A stretch of DNA of 36,423 nt from assembly GCF_001194135.2 (NCBI RefSeq), contig NC_069003.1:16840192-16876614 (forward strand). Direction: 5' to 3'. The stretch's first letter is position 1. The number at the start of each line of letters is the position of its first letter. Origin of the DNA: Octopus bimaculoides. Taxonomy: Eukaryota. Position numbers and translations under genes: made by a program. Of this stretch, positions 11,419-21,772 are shown in pieces. The notes beneath the pieces are model-generated. The model was given only the letters and a program-made list of their open reading frames with translations, searched no databases and was not told the origin of the DNA.

Positions 11419-11560
11419 TAGCTGATTAAATGATCTTAAAATCTGTCGGCCTGGTGGTCAATAAAATAATTAAATGTAGAAATCCCTGATAAGGGATATC
11501 TACTTTTACTTATTTAATTGACCACCAGGCCGACAGATTTTAAGATCATTTAATCAGCTA
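11419..11560. repeat. 142-bp near-perfect palindrome (hairpin)
   Basis: 44-bp perfect arms at 11419-11462 and 11517-11560. Pairing continues with about 4 mismatches to a loop of ~4 nt. TA lies at both ends. Confidence 0.9.
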
Positions 11561-11930
11561 GATGGAAAATTTGCTGTTAGACTAGTGAAGCCATTTTTGG
11601 GGGCGTGTACTGTAACCAGCAGTCACTAATTATGGCCACTTTCCCTAGTTAATAACTCCCCTTAACCAGAAATATTTCATTAACTTCCCTAAGGTATTAA
11701 TTCATTTCATTGATTTTGCTAATTTCGCATTCATTTTAACTATTATTATTTTGTAATTATTATTATTTTCCCATCCTATCCTCCGCACCTCTGTACAAAG
11801 GATTAATCCACCAATTGCTATTTTGTTTAACGGCCCAAAAAGCGACACAAGTAAAATGGTATGATTACAATCATATTCAACTTTACCCTTTTCCTTCTCT
11901 GTGCTCTTCTCTATTTGTTCTTCATTCTGA

Positions 11931-12212
11931 TGGTGTATGCGAGTGATTAGTAGTAAACGGCTTATCTCGTCTTCCTTCCACCGCACGAGCCTGTTCTGTG
12001 GTATCCTGTCCTAGCGCTTGGCCCAACCCGAAGAACGCTAGAAATAGCAGCTGCCTCTCCCTCACTTGGACGATCGCCTCGCACGTCTTCGTGTCGCAAC
12101 GACCCCGCTCGAAAAGGGCACGAAATCCAAAAGGAGGCTCCATCTGCTCCTCTTCCTCGTCCGGTAAGCTCCCGGTTCCGGTCAGCTCTCCAGTCGCTGA
12201 CGTCATACCACA
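11931..12212 (-). repeat. 3' LTR of the Gypsy element
   Basis: Direct repeat of 15418..15705 with about 20 substitutions plus indels. Confidence 0.9.
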
Positions 12213-12221
12213 TGCCACCCT
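12213..12221 (-). other. Weak polypurine-tract-like site (AGGGTGGCA) before the 3' LTR
   Basis: Purine-rich and directly adjacent to the 3' LTR, but short and imperfect. Confidence 0.35.
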
Positions 12222-12354
12222 GATCTTAAAGATCACATCCGCCCCTACTCCACGTCGACGTCCGCCATCCAACCGGGCGGGCGCCTTACGCGTCGAGATC
12301 TTCTCAAGCCAGGTGCCTCGTTTCCCTCTCCACGCTCTTCATCCGACGAAGTGA

Positions 12355-15300
12355 CTACCTGCACAGGTCCAACACGTGACGCAGCATTCCATCCACGGAT
12401 ATATTGTTTCTGGAATTGACCGCCGTCACCGTTCCNNNNNNNNNNNNNNNNNNNNNNNNNNNNNNNNNNNNNNNNNNNNNNNNNNNNNNNNNNNNNNNNN
12501 NNNNNNNNNNNNNNNNNNNNNNNNNNNNNNNNNNNNNNNNNNNNNNNNNNNNNNNNNNNNNNNNNNNNNNNNNNNNNNNNNNNNNNNNNNNNNNNNNNNN
12601 NNNNNNNNNNNNNNNNNNNNNNNNNNNNNNNNNNNNNNNNNNNNNNNNNNNNNNNNNNNNNNNNNNNNNNNNNNNNNNNNNNNNNNNNNNNNNNNNNNNN
12701 NNNNNNNNNNNNNNNNNNNNNNNNNNNNNNNNNNNNNNNNNNNNNNNNNNNNNNNNNNNNNNNNNNNNNNNNNNNNNNNNNNNNNNNNNNNNNNNNNNNN
12801 NNNNNNNNNNNNNNNNNNNNNNNNNNNNNNNNNNNNNNNNNNNNNNNNNNNNNNNNNNNNNNNNNNNNNNNNNNNNNNNNNNNNNNNNNNNNNNNNNNNN
12901 NNNNNNNNNNNNNNNNNNNNNNNNNNNNNNNNNNNNNNNNNNNNNNNNNNNNNNNNNNNNNNNNNNGATCTCCAACACAAACCCTATCGCTATATTGCTA
13001 GCATCACACCAAACCGTCCCGCATTCCGTCTTAGGCACATACCAGTTTGCCCTAACCGGGTCTTCCGCTCTCGTCCTCTCTAGGATTTCCCGCATCATCG
13101 CCACCGTCGCCTCTCCCACCTTGTCACCCCAACTCTCCTCCTCTGCTCGTCTCTTGGTGTAACTGCACGCTGTGCGCAGCCATCCAGCGATTGGGTAGTT
13201 TCCAACCAACTTCCCACAAACCGAGAACATTTCTCTCCTGCTGACGCTGGAACTCAGCTCTGGGATCTCGTTTCCTCTCCGGAACACCAGCTCACCTGAT
13301 CTGTCTCTTCATAGTTCCAGCCCCAGCACAGCTCTCCCCACCATCGACTCTGCCGGCTTTGCAATCAGCCCGAACCTCTCCAGGTGTCTCACTACCTCGG
13401 TGGCTGGCACTATAGTCTCGTCAACCAAAAAGTCGTCGATGTAGGAACTGGTGGCCTTCCTTATCTTCTCCTCTTTCCCTAGGATGGACTTGAGCACCAT
13501 TGCCATGATTTTCGGAGCGGAATTCAGCCCGAAACCCAGCCTGGTTAAACAGTACGTCCGGCCCTTGTACCGCACCAGCTGATATCGCCATNNNNNNNNN
13601 NNNNNNNNNNNNNNNNNNNNNNNNNNNNNNNNNNNNNNNNNNNNNNNNNNNNNNNNNNNNNNNNNNNNNNNNNNNNNNCACCATCGACTCTGCCGGCTTT
13701 GCAATCAGCCCGAACCTCTCCAGGTGTCTCACTACCTCGGTGGCTGGCACTATAGTCTCGTCAACCAAAAAGTCGTCGATGTAGGAACTGGTGGCCTTCC
13801 TTATCTTCTCCTCTTTCCCTAGGATGGACTTGAGCACCATTGCCATGATTTTCGGAGCGGAATTCAGCCCGAAACCCAGCCTGGTTAAACAGTACGTCCG
13901 GCCCTTGTACCGCACCAGCTGATATCGCCATAGCTTGTTACTCACATGGAGCCGCAAATATACCGACAATCGTCGCTGCCTTGGTCGATTGTCTCCACAC
14001 ACTTAACGTCTCGAGGCAAACGTCCGTTGCCTCGCCTCCCGTGTGGCACGAAATATGATCGTTCAGTTTCCTAAAGTCCAGCACCGGTCTAACTTTTCCC
14101 TTCGTCGGCTGCACCAGCGCCATCAAAGGTAGCATTCCGCTCACTACCTCCTCTTTCCACGGAACAATGACTCCTTCCTTGATCCATCTCTCTACCTCCT
14201 CGTCGAACTCGACCCTAGCGTGACCTTTCAGGGTATGCTGGTATCAGCTCACCCTGTTCTTCAGTCATTGGAGGCTCTGTTGTCCACCTCCGACCATCGA
14301 ACGCCGCCTGAAAATCGTTGTCCTTAATGGTATAAGCGGCGCAGTCCCTCACGGGGCTCTGCTCTCCCTGGCGGTCCCGACCCACGACGCTCCCACGCTT
14401 CTGAACGTGACCTCATCTCCTGTAATCCTGACACCACAAAGGCGGTTGATGGCGTCCATCCCCATCACGACATCAACCCCGTCTATCACATGTTCGATTA
14501 CGATCACCCGTAGCCTTAGCGCCGCTATCTCCACACTGCAGCTGACCTTGCAACGGATCTATCTGCCGTCGACTGCCCGGACGCTACTCACCCCATCCCA
14601 TTTCTTCGCTACCCTTGGTGTCACGAGGGTAGTTGTGCAACCCGTGTCCATGAGGGCCTTGAACTTTTTCCCCTCGGCCTCGACTACGGGCAGCGTCTCC
14701 ACAAGCGCCTCTACTCGGTGGCAGGGAAAATTTGAGAGGCAGCAACTTCCCCACGGTCGTTTTCCTGGTCGCAATCACGAGCGATGTGCCCCGTCTTCCT
14801 GCTCGGTAGGCTTCCTTACGCCTTTCTCCGGCTGTCGTCCGTTGGTACATGCCTCCGTCACCGCTATCGATATCGTCTTCCATTCGACGCTTTGCGTCAA
14901 CACGCGACCTTGTGCCACAAGCTCACTGAGCGCCATCTTTCTCCCGCCAGGCAATTGCTGTAACCGAATCCCTATGTCGTCAGGGAACCCACTCACAAAC
15001 GCCAGCCGCGCCACCCTGTCCAGGCCTTCTCCCGTAAACCCAGCTAGCGTGGACAGCCTACGCACCTCCGCCGCGTATTCGTTCACTTTTTCTCCCCACC
15101 ATCTAACAGTCCCTAGCTTAGCAAAGACGATATACTCGCACTCCGTATACGCCTCTCTCAATCTCTGCTCACTCTTCTCCGCACTCAACCTCTCTTCCTC
15201 ATCCATCTCTAATTACAGCGTCAGGACGCTTCCTTCCAAGTATAGCGCCATAAGACTCACCACATTGTTTATCCCTTGCAGTCTCGCCACAAGCCTGATC

Positions 15301-15380
15301 TTTTACATCCAGGCCACTACATCGCCCTCGCAATTAAAATGCCTGATCACGTCACTGGCGATTCTGATCTTAGCTGTCAT
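12355..15380 (-). pseudogene. Gypsy gag-pol with stops and frameshifts; the expected integrase position falls in an N gap
   Basis: Gag MTAKI..EGDVVAW..LYLEG..EMDEEE; protease ALMDTGCTT; RT PVLDFRKLN, RLGFGLNSAP, SYIDD; RNase H WCDASNIAIG; C-terminal GTVTAVNSRNNISVDG. Confidence 0.9.
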
Positions 15381-15399
15381 TGTGGTGAAATTTTACACG

Positions 15400-15415
15400 T
15401 GGTGCCGAAATAGCT
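15400..15415 (-). promoter_or_regulatory. Non-canonical primer-binding site candidate (AGCTATTTCGGC-ACCA)
   Basis: It starts 2 nt downstream of the 5' LTR. 15404-15415 is the exact complement of metazoan tRNA-Phe(GAA) nt 1-12 (GCCGAAAUAGCU, recalled sequence). Confidence 0.65.
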
Positions 15416-15417
15416 TG

Positions 15418-15705
15418 TGTTGTATGCGAGTGATTAGTAGTAAACGGCTTACCTCGTCTTCCTTCCACCGCAAGAGCCTGTCCTGTGGTATCCTGTCCTC
15501 GCGCCTGGCCCGACCCAAAGAACGCCAGAAATAGCAGCTGCCTCTCCCTCACTTGGACGATCGCCTCACACGTCTTCGCATCGCAACGACCCCGCTCGAA
15601 AAGGGCACGAAATCCCAATCGAGGCTCCCTCAGCCCCTCTTCCTCTTCCGGTCAGCTCCCAGTTCGGTCAGCTGTCAGCTCCCCAGTCGCTGACGTCATA
15701 CCACA
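15418..15705 (-). repeat. 5' LTR of the Gypsy element
   Basis: 288 bp with TG..CA termini; pairs with 11931..12212. Confidence 0.9.
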
Positions 15706-15816
15706 GCTCCTTGTTTCAGATCGGTTTTATTATAAAATATGATTAATATTTTTACGTATATATATGTATATATATATCATATCATATATATATGTCAGCC
15801 TGTTGGATTTTCAGTG

Positions 15817-16078
15817 AAATGGTGGCTTATTTGAGTATTTTTCGACACTTATTTCGAGCAACGTTGGTACTTCGTGTACCTTCAATTATAATTAGTAATT
15901 AATTATAAATTTGTCTTTAATGCTTGCTGGTCTCTTATATTATTGTTGTTGTTGTTGTTGTTAATAATAATATTAATATCAAATGGTGGCTTTATTTGAG
16001 TATTTTTCGACTCTTATTTTTAGCAACGCTGATACTTCCAGTACCCTCAATTATGATTAACAATTAATTATAAATTTC
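15817..16078. repeat. Two diverged ~96-bp direct repeats (period 164) separated by (GTT)n
   Basis: AAATGGTGGCTT(T)ATTTGAGTATTTTTCGAC..AATTAATTATAAATTT occurs at 15817 and 15981. Confidence 0.75.
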
Positions 16079-16084
16079 TGCTTC

Positions 16085-19000
16085 ACCAACAATATGGACA
16101 TTATCCATAATGTTAAAGTGACACCGACGCTGATATCGGATCACAACATAATAGAGTTGTCTATGTATAGACCAAAAGCTCCCGTAGACATACAGCCTAT
16201 ACGAAGCACCCAAAATCTCTCCAGACTAAACTTTCGTAAAACAAATTGGAAGTTGATTGAGAAAGAGATCCTCAAACAGGATTAGCCTAAATATCTCTCC
16301 GCACCAGACATTGACATGAAACAAACATTTCATATCCATAATACAAGCCATGTGACGAATCTTTCCCATTGTGCAAGGCCAATATACACAAAAATAGGTT
16401 CCCCAGGGAAAGGAAGATTCTTATGAGATGACGGACAAAGATTGCAAACCACCTGAGCAAGCATCCCAAAAGTGGCGAGAAGTCTCACCTGGAGAGAGCG
16501 CTATTGGAGATTGAGGAGAATCTGCATCAGTCTTATGAAAAGGAGAGAGCAGATAAAGGAGCTTAGGTTATAGAAAATATCAAGTCGAACCCAAAGCTTT
16601 CTTTAAGTTTGCCAAAGAAACAGCCTCAGTACCCCACAAGATAGGATCCCACTTTCAAAAAGATGGCTCCCTCAGAGGAAACCCCATGAGAATAAGTAAA
16701 ATACTGAACGAACAGTTCTGTAACGATAATAATTTGTGTAGTAAACAATAATATGAAATGTCGGAGTCAGCAGTTGTGATGATAAAAATTTGTTGTTATA
16801 ACATGTTGCAGGATGTGAAAGATGAACAATGCATGAAGTTTTAGGGAAATATTTATTTACCGTTACGTTACAATACCCTACCTCGACGGGCAGGTTATGA
16901 TAAATCCAAAAGCATGCAAAGTAAAGTTTTTGTTTGTGTCCTCTTCATTGTTTAGTAGTAATTACAGAGAGATAGAATGATGTTGTAACAGAACAGAATT
17001 GGAGCTAGTGAGAGTTGTAGGGTGTGGGACGTTGTCTCACAGTTGCTGACAGTAAATTTCATTTCTCCCTCTGATGAAGGTTCTAGCTGGTCAGCCAGAC
17101 TTCGTTTTCATTGAGTCGTCACCATGTGACTGAACTCGTTGAGTCGTCACCGACTGGTGACTAACTGACTTTTTGCTTGGGGTTTATGCTTTTATAACTA
17201 TTCAGAAGGATAGACATATCATTGGGAACAATAGATTTAGTTGGTGGTCTTACTATCTCTCTTCTAGATTTTGGTGAAGTAGAAGAGGTTAGAAAGGGTC
17301 AAGTGGTGAAGACATTATTTCGACCTAGCTAAAGGCATTTGGAAAATGTAAAACTGCTGTCAGAGAAAAACCATTGTGCCACCTTGGGAAAAATTCTGTT
17401 GCAGTGTTGATTTAAATTTGGCTATGGTGGATCGAATCCACTTCATGCATGCAAGATCCACTACAGTTCTAACATGTGTTCACTATACCTTTGGGACACA
17501 GGCAAGTGAATAAACCAGCAGAATTATTTGCCGCTTTACCTCTAACTAAAGAGGCAAAAATTGAGTACATCAATATTGAAGAAGATGTTACACTGGCCAT
17601 AGATGAGTTTGACACAAACTCAGCTGCAGGCTCTGATGGATTTCCAGCGGTCCTTCACAAATCGTGCAAATGAGCCCTCGCAAAACCACTGCAGGTTCTC
17701 TTTCAGAGCTTCCTTGCAAGTGGTAAGCTCCCAGACAAACTGAAGGAATGGATAATATGCCCTAACCATAAGGGAGGAAGCAGAGCAGATGCCAAAAGTT
17801 ATAGGCCTATCTCTTTGACTTCACACATCAGCAAAGTCATGGAACGACTAGTCCGTAAGAAACTAATCGTGTTCCTTGAAGACGATGACTTGCTGGCTGA
17901 CACCCAGCATGGATTTCGACCAGGTAGAAGCTGTCTAACACAGCTCTTGTTACACTACGACTGGGTGTTAGAATAGCTGCTAAATGACTCAAGTGTAAAT
18001 GTGATATCTCTTGACTTTGCAAAAGCCTTTGACAAAGTCGACCGTGGTATGGTATGTTACAAACTGCGTGAACTCAGCATAGGCGGAAAACTTAGAGTGG
18101 CTGCACGACTTTCTAAAAGATAGACGTCAGGCAGTGGTGGCCAACGGAGCCACCTCCAAGGAAACACAAAGAACAAGTGGTGTTCCACAGGCCACTGTCT
18201 TAGGACCACTGCTATTCATAGTGGCCCTCAGACATGCCTTCAGCTGCTCAGTTAGCCACCTTTGCTAGCTATGCAGATAACACAAAAGTCTCTCAGACAA
18301 TACAAAATCCTGGAAGTATTGCACATCTGCAATGGGAGTTGGATGCAATATACAGGTGGGCTGAGGACAACAACATGCAATTTAATGCAAGAAAATTCCA
18401 AGCCCCCGCTACCAGCACACATAGCTAAATGACATGCAGACAACATATACTGGCCCGGGAGGAATTGCAATCCCTGAATCAAAATCAGTGCGTGACCTGA
18501 GCAATGACATGAACAATAATGCATCTTTTCAAATGCATATTACCAATTTAGTAATAAAATGCAGACGGCTAGCTAGACAGATCCTCTGAACTTTCCAAGC
18601 AATAGAAAAGGAGACATTGATGATCATTTGAAGGATGTATGTCCTCAGCCACTTGGGCTACTGCTCCCAACTATGGTCACCACACAATATAAATTCACGG
18701 CGGAACTTGAAGCAATCCAACGAAGCTACACTGAGAAAATCATCTCGATGCAACGTATTAGTTACTGGGAAAGACTGAAAGAATTAAAACTCTTCTCTCT
18801 AGAGTGAAGGCGACAAAGATATGCAGTGATATATCTCTGGAAAATCCTGGAAGGCCTTATACCAAACTTTGATAGTGAAAGTTACTCAAACTGCAGAACG
18901 GGGCCCCACTACATAGTGCCAAAGATTCCAGCATTGCCATCAAAATACAGGACCAGATACTGCAACATCTTGGACTTCAAGGGCTCACAGCTCTTCAATA

Positions 19001-19182
19001 TCCTTTCAAAATGCCTGAGAAACCTACATGGTGTGGATGTAAGTGTCCTTAGAACAAAACTGGATCCCTTCCTGTCAAGGGTTCCAGACGAGCCTACCTC
19101 ACGGCAGGAAACACAGATGAGGGCAGCAGCATCAAACTTCCTCAGTGACCAAATGTCACACATCAGAGGAGGTTTCAAATAA
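16085..19182 (+). mobile_element. CR1-clade LINE ORF2, 5'-truncated and degenerate, interrupted by a solo LTR
   Basis: Endonuclease end SDHN; RT motifs YRPISLTSHISKVMERL, QHGFRPGRSCLTQL, DFAKAFDKV, SGVPQATVLGPLLF, YADNTK; C-terminus LDPFLSRVPDEP..RAAASN. Confidence 0.88.
16719..17465 (-). mobile_element. Solo LTR (747 bp)
   Basis: TGTA..TACA termini and a 4-bp TSD GTTC (16715-16718, 17466-17469). TATAAA (~17192) and AATAAA (~16855) lie on the minus strand. Removing it restores the in-frame LINE sequence EQF*HVFTIP. Confidence 0.8.
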
Positions 19183-19380
19183 TGGTGTTACGAAAACAAA
19201 ATAGAAACTACACGTGGAAATGTAAGGGGAAAGTAAGAAGAAAAATAAGCGAAAATGCACATTGGAAGTCAAAAAAGTAAAGGCTTTTTATGAAAAGTAA
19301 CGATAGATATATATATATATATACAATTAGATGAACTGAGATAGGTATAAAAGTCATTATNNNNNNNNNNATATATATAT

Positions 19381-21725
19381 ATATACAATTAGATGAACTG
19401 AGATAGGTATAAAAGTCATTATTGTGAATTGTTAAAGAGATTCAAAAGCATACCAGTTTCGAAATGATACTTTGAATGCACACCGAATACTGAACGGTGT
19501 CAGGTCTTCTAGTCCCTGAGTAAAAAGATTATGTGTAAGGGAGGTAAGTAGTTCTGAATTTGGTGCAATTAGGGTAGGTCTAGACCTGTAATGTGAATGG
19601 TGTATGGAATGTATGGGGGTTAGTGGTATTAAAAGAAAGGTTAATAGTGTTCTGTATTATGTTATGTGTTCATATTTAGTTGTGGAAGATATTTATTGAT
19701 GAAAGTTGCCTCTTTATTCAATCTTTGTTGTATTGAGGTGTTCTGTGAACATTGATNNNNNNNNNNNNNNNNNNNNNNNNNNNNNNNNNNTAGAAGGGAA
19801 AAATTAGGAAATTAGGATTAAGATTCCTCGCACACTTTTCTGTGTCCACTGACCTGTATCTGTCTGTATTGTGGGTGGCAGATTTGTTCTTTGTGGAGAG
19901 TGGTTCTTCTACGGAGTGATATTCCTGTTTGGCCAATATAATTATTACTACACCCTAAGCATGTAATGGCATAGATTAGATTTTCCGAGGCACAGGTGAA
20001 ATTTGATTTTCTCTTAAATATTTCACCTTGTTTATAGTGGAACTCTGAACCCTCCAAAAGGTGGGGGCAAGTACCACAGCTAGGTCGACCACATTTTTTC
20101 ACTTTTGGTTCTGTTGTTAATGGATACAGTCTTGCACTGGTTAATATTTTTTTCAATGATTTAGGTTGCATTTTACTTTTGATAATTTTGTGTGAGCCTA
20201 AAATTTTGTTCATTGTTTTATCTCTTATGAGGATGGGTAGATTTTGGATGATGACGTTAAAGGCTTCGTTGTTTCTAGGGTTGTGTGGAGATGTATGGGA
20301 GTATTTTTAAGTCTGATGTAGTATTTCGGTTGACTTCCCTTAATGTTCATATGTCTATTTCTTTAGCTCGTTTAATTCCATCATTTATTAATTATATTGG
20401 GTAATGTCTTTTGATTAGTATTGATCTGATTTCAAGGAGTCTTCGTTCACGAGTATTGGTGTCCGAAACTATGGTACAGATTAGTTTCGCAAGATTATAA
20501 GGTATATTAATTTTTATGTGTTTGGGGTGGCATGAGTTGAATAATAGGTATTGTTTAGAATCTGTGGGTTTATGAAAGATGTCTGTTTCGATGTGGTTAT
20601 TGACTATTTTAATTAGGATATCAAGAAAATGAGTTGTTTACTGCTGTGTTCCATGGTCAATTGTATGTTGCTATTAATATTGTTAAGCATCATTTTGAAA
20701 TCGAGGAGTTTGTCCATGCTGCCTTTCCAAAGTATAAAGCAATCGTCCAAATACCTCTTCCAGTTCTCCTTTAAATAGCAATGAAAAGAGGTGCCATATT
20801 TTTGTAATGATGATTGACATATTTTAAGTTCTAGGTAACCCATTAGAAAGTTCGCAATTACTGGAGCAGCTCGGGTTCCCATTGCGATTCCACATTTTTG
20901 TCGATAGTAAACTGTATCGAACATGAAATAGTTGTTCAGTAGGATGAATTTGAGTGCTGCGATTATGAATCTGTGGTTGATGCGTCCTGGGATCTCTTGT
21001 GGGTATTTTTCTAGCCAGAAGGTGATCGCTTCTATACCATAATCGTGTGGGATATTGGTGTACAAATTCACCACATCGAATGATACAAACAGGGTTCCTT
21101 CATTTATTGTCTTCGGGAGGTGGTTAAGCATGTCTAAGTCATCCCTGATGAAGCTTTTCACATATTTTAGAAACAGTTTGAGTAAGATGTCGAGGAAGTT
21201 GCTTAAACGGTGGGTTTCGCAAGCAGGGCCAGCAATGATGGATCTCAGTTTGAGGTCAGTAGGGGGAGGAATATTAATGCATAGGCTTGGAGAGAAACTT
21301 TGCAAGCTTTACATATATGTAAATTTTTGTGTATGTTAGGTAATCAGTAGAATAGACTAGGTCTGTATTTAGAATTGGATAAATAGTCAATTTCATTTTT
21401 AGTGAGGCTCTTTCCATGTATTTGAAGAGGGTAAGTTTTTAAGTGTCTTCTGTGGGTTGTATTGTACTATCATCTCATAGTAAATGTTATTTTCCAACAT
21501 GGAGAGTATTAACTTTTTGTAGTACTCTGTGTCCATCACCACTACCGCACTTCCTTTGTCGGTTTCTTTAATGGTGAGGTTTATATCATTTTTAAACTCG
21601 ATTAGGTCTTTCCATTCATTTACATTAAGGTTGGATTTAATTCGTTTTTGTAGGATATTAAAAGGACAACTGGTAATGTGTTTACAAAAAGCATCAACTG
21701 CTTTATTTCTGCTTTTCTAGGATAG
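19381..21725 (-). mobile_element. Penelope-like element (Neptune-like) RT plus GIY-YIG, AT-rich, with frameshifts
   Basis: TDKGSAVVVMD; SFDVVNLYTNIPH; GIAMGTRAAPVIAN; WKRYLDD; CGRPSCGTCPH; NLIYAITCLGCSNNYIGQTG. The tail ends at (TA)n. Confidence 0.9.
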
Positions 21726-21772
21726 TATTCACTTTTGTTTTTTACTATACACACACACACACATATATATAT

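Larger units (their letters stand above)
11931..15705 (-). mobile_element. Ty3/Gypsy LTR retrotransposon with two LTRs
   Basis: LTRs at 11931..12212 and 15418..15705 with TG..CA termini (TGTGGTATG / CATACAACA), and gag-PR-RT-RH between them. No TSD recognised. Confidence 0.92.

Noticed and set aside
14407-15534. 375-aa plus-strand ORF antisense to Gypsy gag/protease
   Set aside because: It is S/T/L-rich with no recognisable motif, starts and ends arbitrarily (running into the LTR), and is a typical antisense shadow of a GC-rich coding region.
17071-17110. CTGATGAAGG inside the solo LTR
   Set aside because: There is no downstream GAAA or cleavage triplet.
19441-19515. Minus-strand GAAACTGGTA near the third PLE's 3' end
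   Set aside because: No intact CUGANGA is positioned to close helices I and II, so it is at most a remnant.
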